From: Phoronis australis
Lineage: Eukaryota; Animalia; Phoronida
Assembly: GCA_002633005.1 (NCBI GenBank)
Contig: NMRA01000017.1
Span: 1,777,808 to 1,841,807, forward strand
Reading direction: 5' to 3'
DNA: 64,000 nucleotides
Below, in pieces: positions 24,698 to 38,479 of this stretch. The position numbers and the translations under genes were made by a program. Position 1 is the first letter of the stretch. The number at the start of each line of letters is the position of its first letter. The notes under the pieces were generated by a model. The model was not told the DNA's origin. It saw only the letters and a program-made list of their open reading frames with translations, and did not search any database.

Positions 24698-24738
24698 TCA
24701 CACCGAAAGAGATTTCTGGCGAGTTGTTCCCGTAGGAC
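24698..24738 (-). CDS. Candidate terminal coding exon of the WSC-kringle gene (SPTGTTRQKSLSV*)
   Basis: Pyrimidine-rich acceptor cgtttcactgtctgtgccaag. Phase-1 compatible with the preceding donor and reaches TGA. No homology support. Confidence 0.25.
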
Positions 24739-24886
24739 CTTGGCACAGACAGTGAAACGTTATTTTACACAAGCGAGATTTCAGCTCTCATTAGATAATT
24801 CGAAGAGGTTCTCAACGAACTATTTCATCTGAATATAGTTAAATTGTGATACACATGGTAATTTACGCCACGCAATTGAAACTTAC

Positions 24887-25159
24887 TTTTGTTACAGATT
24901 TCAATTCCGCAGTAGTCCCAAGCTGGAAATCGTCCGTCGATATAGCACCAAGGACCGTTTGGTTTTGCGCCTATATTTCTACAAAGATTTGATCTCTGCA
25001 CTTGTATGGGAAGATGATTAAATCTATATTCTCCTATAAATGTTGCATGAAGTTTCCTGACCACATCTGGGTGTGACCAGCTCATACACCGTTCCCCTCT
25101 ATGAGTAGTCGCTTTCGATCCAAGATAGTCTCTCCCAAGCGGTTCCTCTGCGCACAGTT
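24887..25159 (-). CDS. WSC-kringle gene exon: kringle 2
   Basis: Acceptor gtcccgcag, donor gtaagt, 273 nt, phase 1/1. ELCAEEPLGRDYLG..RCMSW..LCRNI..GPWCY..WDYCGIEIC has all six kringle cysteines. Confidence 0.88.
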
Positions 25160-26967
25160 CTGCGGGACATGACAGATTGTTAACTTCATAATGTAACGGA
25201 TCAAATGACATCACAGTAATAAAGAAAATTCAATTGTATCAGTCCTAAATACCAATGCAATCTTCAAAAATTTGGAGGAACTCAGATAGAATACAGGTAG
25301 CACCTAGCTGTGGCCCTGTGAACACAATCACCAAAAAATAACCAGAAAAGAAAAGTACACCGTAATCGTTAAAATTTTGGGGGCATTTTGGAATTATGAT
25401 TCGAAAGATATCATTGCTCCCTCAAGAAATTTTGCGCACGTCCTTCTTGGACTTTTTCCAGCACCGCCATATGCACCAGCTGTTTTATATTCAGGAGAAT
25501 GCTGGCCCTTAAAGAGCTACAAGTCTTTTTCCTGAAGGGGAAAGGCCTACTTGGTTAGATAAGTGATGGTTGTGTACACGTAGTTCTGCACACATGCGAA
25601 ACTATTGTAGGTGTGATGAAACAAACATGAACTTTGGTGTACTTATTAAATACATTAAATCCGATGATTCATTAGACTGCATCACGGCTAACCAGACAAA
25701 AGCGTAACCGTAACGCAGCCGTGTCCCATCAACGACTTAATCGTGGTTAGTTAAGTCGAACAAATACAACTCTATACACGTCATGTAAACATGACTGTGA
25801 ACAGTGTGAAATTTGTCATAGCTCTCACTGTACTTAATTCATAGTTAAGGAGCCCACGAACCTTGATGTATTTGCAAGTACATATGCATTGTACATGTAA
25901 CTCCGTAGATTCTTGTATTGAACTCGCGGAACAGAAATTTTCAATAAGCTCCCTTCTCCTGGTTATGGCATCTGGCGGTGATGGCATCTGCCATCCCGAT
26001 GCCCTACTGAGTTAATATGTTGAGTCCCCAACCTCTAGTGCGGGTTTACATGTTGTCTCCTGCCCTTAATATCCTAAAGCCTGGAAATCTCCCCTCAAAG
26101 ATAATGACTGTAACCTTTCTAACTCGTCAAGCTGTGGCGATCACGAAAGCAAAATTTGAGATGCATGTTAGGAGAATTCATTTGGTATGATCAGACATAT
26201 TGTGAAGACATTGAATTGTTCCGTTGCTCACTTTTGTTTCAGACTTGTTTATAGGTCCAGTTCAAGTGCGCAGTTTAGCTCCAAAGCCTGTTCCAAGAAG
26301 TGAATTAAGACTTGAAACATGAACCTGGACCCGGAATCAAATTTTTGTACTCCTAACGAGCTCGAAATTATTTTGGATAATTTTTCTGCTAATTACGTGT
26401 ATGTGTAAACCCAAGATAAGTAGTCATTAGATGATGCTCGAATTGAAGTTTAGGCATATGACTTTCTAGTGCAACTTTGCACTAGATGACCCTGTCATTT
26501 TCTACCATTTCTAGCAGAAACTTGAAATTTCCATTTTAAACCCAAGCTCTTGGACTTAAAGTTGGGTTTATCAACTGCAAGTTAGGACTGGAAATTAGCC
26601 ACGTAAGTCAGTATGCACTGGAGCATAGAATAATAAACGCTTGTCTTATGTTTAGTTCGCAGCAAAATACACTAGAAAATTCCAAACATCGTTTCGGGAC
26701 CAAGGCCTTGCTCTGTCACTCCACGTAACGATTTCAAATTTGCAGACGTCTGTGAGACTCAAAATATACACATCACTGCTAGTTGCTGTTGTATAATTTA
26801 TAAATTCTTCGACTGTAATGCGTTCATACTTAAGGCCGGATGATGTAGAATTATACACGGAAATTAGGCAACATGTAACCCCTTGACGGACTATTCTTGC
26901 GGCATTACAGCGTGACGTAATTGCCATCAGGGAAAGAAGAATGTGTGAGATGGGTATTGATTTTCAC

Positions 26968-27632
26968 TGTTGAAGTTATCGTATTTTTCTCGCAGTTCCT
27001 CTTCCATTCAAAGTTGTTGGGAACATTTTGTATGCATAAAAAAACACGGTTACAATTTCAATGAAAGTGGCAACTATTAATTCAGACTTTAAAAGTCAAA
27101 ACTCACTCGTATACCCAGGGTAACATCTCAATTATCTCGCTGAAGTTAAAACTCGTTAACCGTAAGTGCTTAATCATGGAAAACAGAGTAAACCGATTGG
27201 TGCGGTAGGATACATGCAGTAAAATAAGTCCTCGTAGTGCATCTCTGGTGCAGAATTCGTTGAAAACTGTACAATATTGATATACTGGAACAGTGCAGCC
27301 ATTGAATTATTAGACTTCGTCCGGTCTGCCGCCTATATGGCTAGACGTGAGCGTAACCGGAGACAGATCGGAGAGTGAGGCGAGAATCGACCGTGACAAC
27401 TAGCATGAGCACAAGCGTGACTGTGCCCGGAGCTTACAGTGAGTTAGGCGTGAACGAAGCACGAGTGGACCGTGAGCCATACGTGAGATTCCCTGCCTTC
27501 TCTGCAGTCGGTACAGTCTTAATTGTTGTTCTAACTCGTTTACCGCGACTAGAACACAGTGCTGTATCGCATTTCAATAAACATTCCTATGTTAAAATCA
27601 TCTAGTACACAAGTGTAAGAACTTTGACAACA
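26968..27632 (+). mobile_element. Possible solo LTR
   Basis: TGTTG...CAACA ends, TATA-like CTATAT (~27333) and AATAAA (~27576). No TSD, and the left end is ambiguous (26968 or 27015). Confidence 0.3.
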
Positions 27633-27799
27633 TCGGTAAGAAATTCCCTAGCATGTTTGCAATATATATATATGGTAGTGGTTTGCTATCTCAAGGCAAA
27701 TATTCTATATGACCATAATGCAATATAGTTTACTATATAGTTCATTAAAACGTGTGGATGCGCCACTTACTCAAAGCTAAAGCACGAAGACGCTAAAGT

Positions 27800-30030
27800 G
27801 AGTAATACTATCTTTAATGCAGAAATGTATCATGAATATGTAATGAATTACATGCAATATTGTACATTAGTGAATTTATTACTTGACATTTATTCTTGTT
27901 ATAGTAGATATTAACTGTTAACCTTCCGTTATTTCTCATTGATGTTAATACTAGTGGGCCTATATCGTTTAACTGATAAACGAACTCTACACCAGAGAGG
28001 AACAAGTGTCCAATTATGAAGTAAATTTACTTTAGTGAAGATTTCTGACTGAACTTGAGATAGGTTGTCTAAATATTTTGCCTTTAAATATTGATTGAAG
28101 AATCCACTTGTTTTCCATGCAATTTTTATTGCATTTGTTGATTTTTTTGGTTTTGAAAGGCAAGTGTTTGTTCATTATCAGTTAAACCTCGTGAGAAAAT
28201 ACTGTTATTTGTGTTAACGTCATCACTCTTATTGAGTATGGGTTGGTCATCTATTAAATTCAGTTCTTCTTTGAGATCATCAATTGGCCGTTCATTAAAT
28301 GGAGTATGTGTCTTAATGTGGCTGGATACTGGAGCTTTATGGTTTGCGTTGGTGTGAGTTATAATGAAGATTGGACAGTGGACATATGGAGACGATATTA
28401 GAATTCCAGAGTGAGACTGTTCAAGCATACTTGGAAATTTAATATATGTATGGTCAATAAATGTGGCAGAGTGATCGGTGATTATAATGGAAAGAGTAAT
28501 TTTAGGAAGGTGGTTGCGGGCTATCAATACATCAAAAAGTTCATTAAGTTTCATCTTAGGGTTTAAGCTTATAAGGTCGATGTTGAATTATCCCATATAA
28601 CTATTTCTTTGTTATATGAGGACAGATTCATAAGTCCAAGGGTGCATTCGTTGAGGAATAGATCGGCATGTCTGAATTCACTTGTGGGTGTTCACTAAAC
28701 ATTAACAATAGTCTATGTTTTATTCTCAGGCGTTCTTACATGCGATATCATTACCTTCCATGAAGCAAAATTGTTACAGTAAGTCTGTTCAAGCATACAT
28801 AATTTACAAATAGTCTTTAACATATATGATAAGATGTTCCTGACGAGAACAAGTTTCAATTATATGGAATTGTCACAATAGAATACTCCGAAAGTTGAAA
28901 TAAATTCGGGTGATCATTTTCGCTCAACCAGGATTCCTGCAGTCAGATGATGTCAATACACCTGTGTGCTTCGTGAATCATTGCTTGAAAGGATGGACTG
29001 TGTATTGACACTTTGTATGCATAACTTGCGTTTATTGTACTAAAGATAAATTGTGAAACCACTAGTATCACGGCATGCGTACATTGAAGAAACTGTCTTC
29101 ATCATTCGGTTTCAGTTTGTCAATTATGTTGTAGTTGTCGTTCCCACCATAGGCTTTTAACACCTCATTGGAATTTAAAGACATATAACCTGTCATGTTA
29201 ATGGGTTCATTCATGATGGAAGAAATGTCACAACTGCGGTGCTCTTCAACAACGTCATGCCAAATTGAAAAATCAATGCTTGCGGTCTACTATTAAAACT
29301 AACATAATATGAAGTCTATACATACTATCAAGACTAAATAGCATCGAAAACTACTGCAGTATGAAGTAGGAAACTTAAAAAGAAATACATGTATGATTGG
29401 TTGGATCACCCAGTGAGTAAATTAGCTGTTTATGTGAACATGCACACATCACTGCGAGTTATTGTTACTTTGCTTACGAAATACCAAGAGAGTGGAAATA
29501 CCGATGCGTGGAGTTCTTGTGAACTAAATTTTCTGAACTGGCTACCAGTTAATTAATCTGTAAGGGTTATCGGTTCATTCACGTCTCCAAATCACTGTAC
29601 GGGTCTTGTTGTTGACTCTCATCTTCAATGAACCATCTGTGGACTAAGCTGGGATCTTGAATCTTTCCATTTCGTTTCAGCTGTCGTCATTTGAAGAGTA
29701 GTTCGCTTTGATCTTCCGTGAGGTATTCGTTGACAAACTACTGCGGTCTATTTCTTTAATTTTACAACAATTCTGTCTCCAAGTCGCTGTTTGCTGTAAA
29801 GATCTTTTTCCGTGATGACGATATAGGTTAAGTTTCCGTACAATATCCATTACATGCTTGTCCGTATTGTGGTTTTCGTTTTCTTGACGCCAGTATCCAG
29901 TAAACAGTTCCCACGGGAGATAATCAAATTTCATCATTAGGCTTGAAATGTTTTCATCTTGGTTAGATTTCTTGTGAAACTGTGACAATACGTAGTTTAG
30001 TTGGTTAATTTCCTAGAGTTTTTGGCCATT
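27800..30030 (-). mobile_element. Degraded CR1/L2-type LINE 5' part (ORF1 remnant + APE endonuclease)
   Basis: Minus-strand 'DII*LQESWL' (~28940), 'GD/FNIDL'-like (~28590), 'ATFIDHTY..GILIS..HCPIFI' (ORF 28126-28554). ORF1-like remnants at 29500-30030. Confidence 0.7.
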
Positions 30031-30259
30031 ACTTCATGATTTTTCCTGGATTTTGTTCAGAGACTCTTCCAGAACTTTTGAAAGTACGCCCGTACGTGTC
30101 TCTGAAGGCATCTGATTACGAGGTAGTAAGTGGAACTGATCCTTGTTCTTTAGTCAATGAATCAATGGGTAATATCGGTGTTCGAAGACTAATAACGGTG
30201 GCACTTCCCGTCATTTTTGCACAAGGACGAGTCTACCAGAATGATGAAACATGTGGTGC

Positions 30260-30730
30260 ACTGCTCAAGTTAAACGGAACGTTTCCTCGACATGTTCTCC
30301 TTTTGATTTATAAAGCTTTCATTTTGCCACAAATTACTTATGCGGTAACAGGTTGGGGTTTACACGGCTGGCGTGGACTAGAAGTATTACAAAACTTGCT
30401 GTTATAAATATACCTCATCGTACTTCCTAGCTCACACCGACGCGTTATTTCGTTCTCTGAATATTTTTTTTTTTTTTTTTTTGAACGACATTTTTCGTAT
30501 TTTTGTCTAAAAGTTTTCCATCTGTCTTGTAATAAGCTCTTGCCCCATATTTCTCATTTTTTATCATGATATCAATCTTGAAACATCCAATCGATATAGA
30601 GATGTCCCCTCAAGACACCCCTATTTCGTGTAACACTTCCACCGCTCAAACCATTATTACCAATACCATTCATTCAAGTCAAGATCCTCCGCAATTTTCT
30701 TCCAGAACTCATTAATTCTTATGTGTAAAA
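30260..30730 (+). mobile_element. CR1/L2-type LINE 3' fragment (post-RT region)
   Basis: 'LLLIYKAFILPQITYAVTGWG..LEVLQ' followed by 'AHTDALFRSLNI'. Confidence 0.7.
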
Positions 30731-31439
30731 AGTTCAGTCTGTCGTAGATTGACTTAACATGCAAATGAATTCTTGTACCAATGCTGAAGATCTGCGGACA
30801 GTGTCAAACAGTCTGGAAATTTAGTCGACGTAAAACCACGATTGCAACATTAAAATGTTTGGAGACCGAAGTCTCACTAAAATATGCACTTAATTCACGG
30901 ATTTTTCGTTTCGGGTGCATGCGCGAAGAAGATTATCGTTCACGAAGTGCTGGAATCATCTCTGAAGACTACAGTACATATGATATTTAAGCGTTATTAT
31001 TTACGTAAATAGAAAATGCATGGCCTCAAAGATTAAAAGCATGTGCGATTCCAGCCTTGAAATTGTTAGCTCCAATTTTTGAGAGTATGGAGCTCTTTCT
31101 AAGATTCACGGTGTGCGTTTAGAGCTATGAATTGTGCATGGACCGAAGTTTGATATTTCCAGAAATCGTAGTGGATATTTCTCTCGTTTTCAACATATTC
31201 GGTGTTTTTGTTCCGCAGCGCATGAAAGCAAGTCCTCCATTGCCACGCAGTGTACAACATTGCTTGTACCATGATCAGTTACTGTGACTGGGACAATTGG
31301 CAATTCTTTTTTTGTTTTTGGCATTGGTTATTAGGTCATGTCGACAGCGCCAATTGGAGTCCCAGCTTCTTTTCAAGTTACGCCCCTAAAACCATTAGTA
31401 GTTCCGCTTTTTGGGCCTCAGTGGTGTTTAATTACTGCG

Positions 31440-31900
31440 TATAGAAATACAAGCTCCACGCTGGTCCTGGTAAAGGGTACCACAGGTAACACAATGCTTT
31501 CTCTGCTTCCTCACCCATTCTACGCATACAGCTGTAGCTGCCTTCCTTTTGTTTCCGCGAATGCTGAGACCATGGACCATACGCCACAAAGAATAAGCCC
31601 TACACCCAACTTCTATTGGAAAGATCCCTGTGGGCCAATCCTGGCCATTACAAAATTCAGTTAACTCTGTGTACTTAGCTTTAATCCTCTTGCATGCGTC
31701 TACGTAATTCTCCTTCATTGGACATTCAGTTCGATAACTTTGATAAACTTCTGACTTGTGGAAACATCACAATGTCTGGACGCAGTCCTGTTATTACCGC
31801 ACCAGGTAATAGAATTCTCTGCTGCTGATCGGCTCTCGTATCCCAGTCAATCCCTTACAGCACAGAATTATCTTTCGCATCACTGAGTTGGCACATTTCT
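31440..31900 (-). mobile_element. Hero/R2-group non-LTR retrotransposon 3' fragment (restriction-like endonuclease)
   Basis: 'LRPDIVM...VIELNVQ*KENYVDACKRIKAKYTEL..C..QDW..IFPIEVGCR' matches the RPD..ELTVPWEE..K..KY..EVGCRG pattern. Confidence 0.75.
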
Positions 31901-34189
31901 CTTTCGCGAACTAAAGATTTAAATCTTGATTGCTTTGGCTGCATCGATGTTATCTTCATCTCATTACCAGCAATACGTAAACTAGTGCTTCCCCCCAGGT
32001 TATCTGCATCAACTAAGTCATCGCTAATGGACCAGTCAACGCTTCACACTCCGCGTGTTTCGTAATGGAGAGAAGCACCAGGAAGGTTGTTACGGATTTT
32101 GTAGCGCTTAGTAGCCCAAAATTACCATAAGTTCAGTAACATTCAGTTGAAAAGGAAAGGCAAACCATATATCTAAAGATGTCTGGTCAATATCAAGGGC
32201 CATCACTCGTAAGCAAGTCAAAGCGGTTCTTTTTACCTGTTGCCTTATCTCGCTCCACCTCAGTCGACTCATAGATACTCGTAAAAGATTTTTGCAGTGC
32301 AACAATACAATTCTCATAAATCCAACTTGTGATGACTCTTTTCAATTTGAAACCACCCACAATACTCTAAAACAAATTAATATTAGGTACAAAAACATTT
32401 TTCCCCGAAGTGAATCGTAAACAGCTCAGGTATTTGAGTTTTCCTGACATAGTTTCTTTGGTTTAATGCCTAATTTTAGAACTCATAGGCTCAAGAGCCA
32501 ATCATTGCAGCAAGCTCTGCTATATCTTATCTATCAAGCAAACGTGTATTACTACACTAGTGTGGATATTATCAATGATTCAACCAAAAACTTCGAATTA
32601 ACTAGACACACTGATGACAGTCTATGATAAACTTAACTGAAAACGAAAGGCCAAAATTGGCAATATTTGGCCACACCATGTTAAATACAGTTTTTGTCTA
32701 ATTATATTCAAACTCCTACATTTCAGTCTTTATTATACTGGCATCTGTTTGGTCTACCGGCAATTAACAGCATATGAAAGGCTCGGTCGAAATTGATCGT
32801 TTACTCAAATTCACTTTCGGGTTTCCAGCGGCGCTTTCACTGATCTAAGAGACAAAATAAGTCGAAACATAGACCATACCATGTTAAACATAAAAATTCT
32901 TCCAATTTTCCTGAAACTTTGTCACGTTTTCAATCAGGTACGTATTGATGTTAAGTGCTATCGATTAATGTAATTGGTTCATAAATAAGACCCCCACGCT
33001 GTGACTTCTGCGAATCCGATGTTCATGTATCCTGGAAATGGCTGAGTGATTACTGCGCATGCACAGTTCACGGTTTAAATATTGCTGGTAATGTCCTTGT
33101 CTAATATATCAGAAGGAGATCTTAACACCTGGTCATGCATGCATCTTTACCTGCTTTGCTACAGAGTTACCTTGCATCAAGGCGAAAAGGGTAAATATAC
33201 CATTCCCACCACGTATGTGACACTTTGGATTTAGCAACTAGTATTTCAATACTAACATGGTATTGCACGTAAAATATCTTGACTGGGTTGCCATGCAAAC
33301 TGTCTCCATGCGCCGTAGCTTTTACCATATCACTCGCATTTCAGGTGCATTGCGCACCCTCCTGCCAAATTCCACAGACCTGGCTTGACGCGATGCACCT
33401 TTTTGACAAATCTACTTCCTCCTGCACCATTTTTCTACTCTCTGAATGTGAGCATGTCATCTGCACACCCGAACTCACAGACCCCTTATATTCTGTTGTT
33501 GTCAATACACCCGCCCGTTGAACTTTCCATCTTTTGAATGACGCTGACGCATTTCTTACTGAATACCAGCTATCTTAATTTCGTCCACTATAATATTTCT
33601 GGAGGCAACTCCAAAGATAGTTTGTCAGACGGCCTCCAATTGTTATATTAGTCCTTTAAGGAAAACGGCCTGAAGGGCAAGCAGGAGCCTGACGGCCATG
33701 AAATCGGTATTTGGACGATTTTTACAATGTCTCTCGTGTTGCCGATGACTTAACAAATCTCGTAATAATGATTTAAAAATCAGCACTCGTTTTACAGCAC
33801 GAGGCAGCAATGACCCCAGTGTATACTCACCTCTTGTTGTTGACGTTATCACTGAAAAATAGAAAATGACTATCACAGACGGTACTGAAACAGCACAAAG
33901 ACTTCTAAAACAGATGAACCTAGAATCCGTTATCCAACATTGTTAAAAGATTGACATTTTTTCTAAGGAAAAATGCCTGTGCAAATAAAAAGCAAGTTCG
34001 ATTATGGTTAGTTCATAAATCGCTGCGTCGAGTTTGCATTTAACAACACGTGTCTTAACTTCATAAAACGGAAACTTTTGAACAGAAATTATTTCTTTTT
34101 GAGACTTTGCAACCAAAGAGTAGCCAAGTTGCAAAACTTTTAATTTCTAGGCAACCTGTAACCTAAAAAACGGTTGCTAGGAACAATAC

Positions 34190-34510
34190 CTTCACTGGGA
34201 CATAAAGGGATGTAACAATGCCTCTTTAACGTGCCATGGTATTTGATATTTGCAAAACACCACGGCCCTCTTTCATCGTTGTCGATGTTTCTGCAGTACG
34301 TGGAATTTCTTTCCTCTGGTCTCATCTTGTCGTAACCATCAATCCAGTTTGCATAAAACGGGTGTGGCCTAAAGAGCGGGTTTATATATTCCTTGAGTTT
34401 TTCCATTCTAAGTGACCACGGTGTGCACGGTTGTTGGAACTGTCCAGTAACTGCTACCTTCCCTCTGTAGTTTAGGCCACGTTGATCTTGTAGACACGTT
34501 ACGTCTACGA
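34190..34510 (-). CDS. WSC-kringle gene exon: kringle 1
   Basis: Acceptor tgtttcag (in-frame alternatives at 34528 and 34504), donor gtattg, phase 1/1. CLQDQRGLNYRG..CTPW..YCRNIDNDERGPWCF..HCYIPLC. Confidence 0.88.
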
Positions 34511-35327
34511 CTGAAACATCGACGCAGTCTGATGACAATTGCATTTTCTCCACGCAGAACGTGGTGAGAAATAAAGGTCATTTTATAATATTTTTTGGTT
34601 TCTTAATCAATAGGTATCCTATTTGCATTCCCATGGCACTTCCATCATTTTTCTAACTGTCTTCAGGTTTCACAGCAATTTTAGAACGAACACGGAAACC
34701 TGCTCACCAACGGTGGAACTTCTATTGTATTTTCTGGTGCACGGTGGCGCTTGAAACTAATACCTTCCGTTTCCAGTCCAGCACTATAATCACGAAGTCG
34801 CTAAGTAAATTATCGCCTTCGACGGAACATGATTTAAGTGTACGCTTGACTAATAATTCAATCTATGTGGCAGCCAATAATGTTACTTATGTCTGTGCTC
34901 ATGTTTAAGAACATTTCAATACCAAAAATGGCCGAAGAGAGGCCTGCACAAATCAAAAAAATGCCCCCGCGCACCNCCGGAGTGCAACTTATAAGTTGCA
35001 ATTTTACAAAGAACAATATGTGTGAAAACCGAAAAAGATGTTCACAATCCAAAAAGTGTTCCACGTGAGTTTTGTATACAAATGATTGCCATCATTAACG
35101 ATTTTACGCAATTTGACGATATCTTACATCATTTTTCGTGTAACTGAAAAAATGAGGGTCAAACCAATATTAAAGGGTTATTCATTACGACAAAATAATT
35201 TTCTTCATAACCTATTGCAATTATTTGCATCACTGTTTTATTGTTACTTACAGTCAATACTGCACGCTTAATGTACAACTTTCATAGCCTTGGTAACAAG
35301 CTGTATATAAATATACAGCTTTGCAAT

Positions 35328-35835
35328 GATGTGGGTAAAAAGTGGTAAGATAAAATCTGACACGAAATTAGTGTCATTAAAAACAACAGTCTTTCTTGAG
35401 TAAGCTAAAGAATATAACTGTGTTGGAAAAATGGCGTTCTACCGTTATTCTGCTGCTAAACTTGTGGAGCGATCACAACAAATTTTCGGGACTGGTTTCA
35501 CTTCATTACAAGTTTTTAATAGTGTGATACCGAAAAAACAAATTTGAGAAGAAATTTAGCATTGCCTGAGAGATTTCCAAAAGTTTAGGAAATGACGGTG
35601 CGTGTGGCACAAGCGTATTGTTTTCAAAGTGACGACATATTTTTCATTGTCAGACAAGGCGGAAAGTTAGGCAAAGAAATGACGTTTATTGCATTGTTTT
35701 TCACTTAAACGACTGTAAATGTTGATTCCCAGATTTTGCATGCACCCTGTCTGGTCTTTAGCTTTACTTGTTGATACAAGTTTCACGGTGCGGTGACGAG
35801 CAGAACTACCCTGGCTGTGTGCAATTTCGGGTCCT
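35328..35835 (+). repeat. Dispersed repeat copy homologous to 16420-17090
   Basis: Colinear shared blocks as described for the 16420 copy. Confidence 0.7.
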
Positions 35836-38479
35836 ACGGAAGAAATACACACAGTGGTACCTACAGGGTGTAACTGTATTTTGACGAGAGTCTTCATACA
35901 GCTAGCTGGCTGGCTACAACTTTCAGAGTTTATATAATCAGTTTTTTAGTGAGCCAGATTTCAACGAATGTTTTAAACAATGAGCTATATATAGAGAGAG
36001 ACGACACGAGACGACTCGAAAGTCAGACAGCGCGTGACACGCGGTCTGCCATATTGATGACGAACGATATCACCCCGGCCAACCCGCGATCGAGAACGCC
36101 CGGAAGGCGATCGAGAACGAGACCTTACATGTACACCAAAAATGTCAGACGACAGTGAAGTACCCGGTGAGTTTAAGTGTCATTTTCTTCTGAAATAGAG
36201 GCTACTTTGGTACCAATGCGACACAGCGAAAAGCGTCAGAGCTTAGCCTTTGTTGTGGATCTGAAATAATACTCGGCTTTTGCTATTTTTTGAAATAGAG
36301 ACCGCAGAATTCAATGGGTTTGGGTAAAATGACTTGCGTCTCGTAAATTCGTCAATTTCTACTTGTTGTTAGCAATTCCTGGGTTCTTCAGTGGACACGT
36401 GTTACGTTTATAGTTAAATCGTCCCTGGTGACACCTCTGTCAGTTTTAATTTGTGAAACAATTCGAGCTATCTACCGAAACAAGCAGGTCCTTTCGTGAG
36501 ACGGCGATCGGGAACGAAGCTGTTAATTCACCATGGCGATCGTGAACGCAAAAAATACGATCGTGAACGCACATTTTTTTTCTGTGCATTTTCCTGAATA
36601 ATTTTTCAAGTTGCGGTGTTATATAGTACGACCATGAAGTAGGTGACAGGTCAATTTTTGTTATATTTTAACCGTTTTTTATGATTTCTGTGTGAGATTT
36701 AGCCTCACCAATATGATTAAATGCGTTTGATTCTTCAGTTGAACTGTAGCCGAAGGAGGAGTCCTTCAGAGTTCTAACATACACGCCTTCAAAAAAATAC
36801 CGCTAGCACAACTGCTGCATTTGACAAAGGGCTGTGTATGCTTATATGTTGTGGAGCTTCGTTCAGGAAGAAACCTTTTTTGTATAACCACATGACAATA
36901 AAACACAGTGTCACTCACTAGCTGCAAGCAAGACCTTTACCAGGCCCGTGTTGCATGGGGCAAGATTTTTTTACCGCTTAAGATATTGTGACCGTCTATT
37001 AATGGAACATAAACTTAACATTTTAAACGTGCATCAATATAAAATTACATTCGAATGCACTACAAAATCATCAAGACGTTCAGACACCATCTTCCGTACA
37101 AGTTTTTTCTTCTGTCTCGGACTAGACACGTGTTACATAAGTTAACGTGTTTGATTACATAACTTTTCTCACTTACGTTTTACACAATGACTGGTGAGGC
37201 ACATGTCTTTCTTTATCCTGGGTCAATTAAGTATATTTTGAACCAAACTGACAATCAATTTCGTGAAAAAAAATTTTAAACGTGCATTAATAATGAAGGA
37301 ATTTGTAATACGGTATTGCTGGATCGCACGTGTTTGTCTGATCGAACGGGGCGAGTCCATGATGCCTTTATTGTTTTCAAGTAAAATTTTGTTCGCTTGG
37401 CACCGGTTTGTTTTTAGGAGATTTTAATTCTCAGGTGCCTAGATACAAATGTACGTCCTATAACAACTTATTTAATCAACGACCTTTCTCAAAATCTGAT
37501 TATCTTTATCAGTGCCATTCAAAGCATATGACAAAATCAGCCTTAGATAAAGAAGCCTCTGAATTTTCTCAAATTAGATCAATGAGGTGTAACAGGGTAA
37601 ATCCAGCTGCAGCTGCAAGGGGATGACGAGTGCTCTCGTACAGATGGTATTTCGTCATTGCATTAACCTCATTCCTCTGAGTACTCCATGCTCCTATATT
37701 TGGTAATACAAATTGGACCTGTGACATGAATATGCATCACGTCGCCGAAAGTATAAAAAGCAAGGGTAGAATTTTCTATATGTACTCTGTATACATAAGG
37801 AGAGAAAACGACTCCGAAGCGAGGACCAGTATATTTTTGGTAAGTTATCTCCTTTTATCTCTAACACAAGGGTTCAAAATTTCAATTTCTTGATCCTTTT
37901 CTTAACGAAATTTTTTAATTTCGTTTCACGCACGGGGTATTCATTCTTTCGTCGTTTCTGACCAGCCGTCTACCCTACTCAATGTTTTCTTGTTTTTCAT
38001 TTATTATCATTTTCTTAACACTTCACTTTACGTACTTGGTATCCAGCGTTTCCTTGTTTTTGGCCAATCGTCTATGATCAATATTCAAGATGCTTTTTAA
38101 ATGCTGGTTCTTATTTATAATCATTTTCTTAAATCTTCACAGATTTTTAAAATTTCGTTTCGCGTACTTGGAGAATTATAAGCCCTTTTTAAATACCCGG
38201 TTTTTATCTATTTACCTTATTCATTTATAAAGATTAACCATCCACTGAAATTGTCTACAGGTTTTATACCTACACTTCATCTGTTGTGAATTTATTTATT
38301 GTAAACAATTTCGACAAATCCAATATTTTTTATTTTTGGTAAGCAACTATTAACACACGTCAGCTACCAATATTCCAATTCCATTTAACTTTGTAATCTC
38401 TGTAGCGTAACACCAAAAGTTAGAGTGGGTGTTTAAACGTTGAATATGTGTATAACATTTATGATTCCAATTATTCGCC

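Noticed and set aside
32605-32655. Second CTGATGA...GAAA hammerhead-like motif
   Set aside because: Stem II register does not fit the core, no stem III/UH site is evident, and no Penelope ORF is adjacent.
33280-33530. Minus-strand 'FGCADDML' as an RT (YADD) remnant
   Set aside because: A single motif with no supporting flanking RT motifs.
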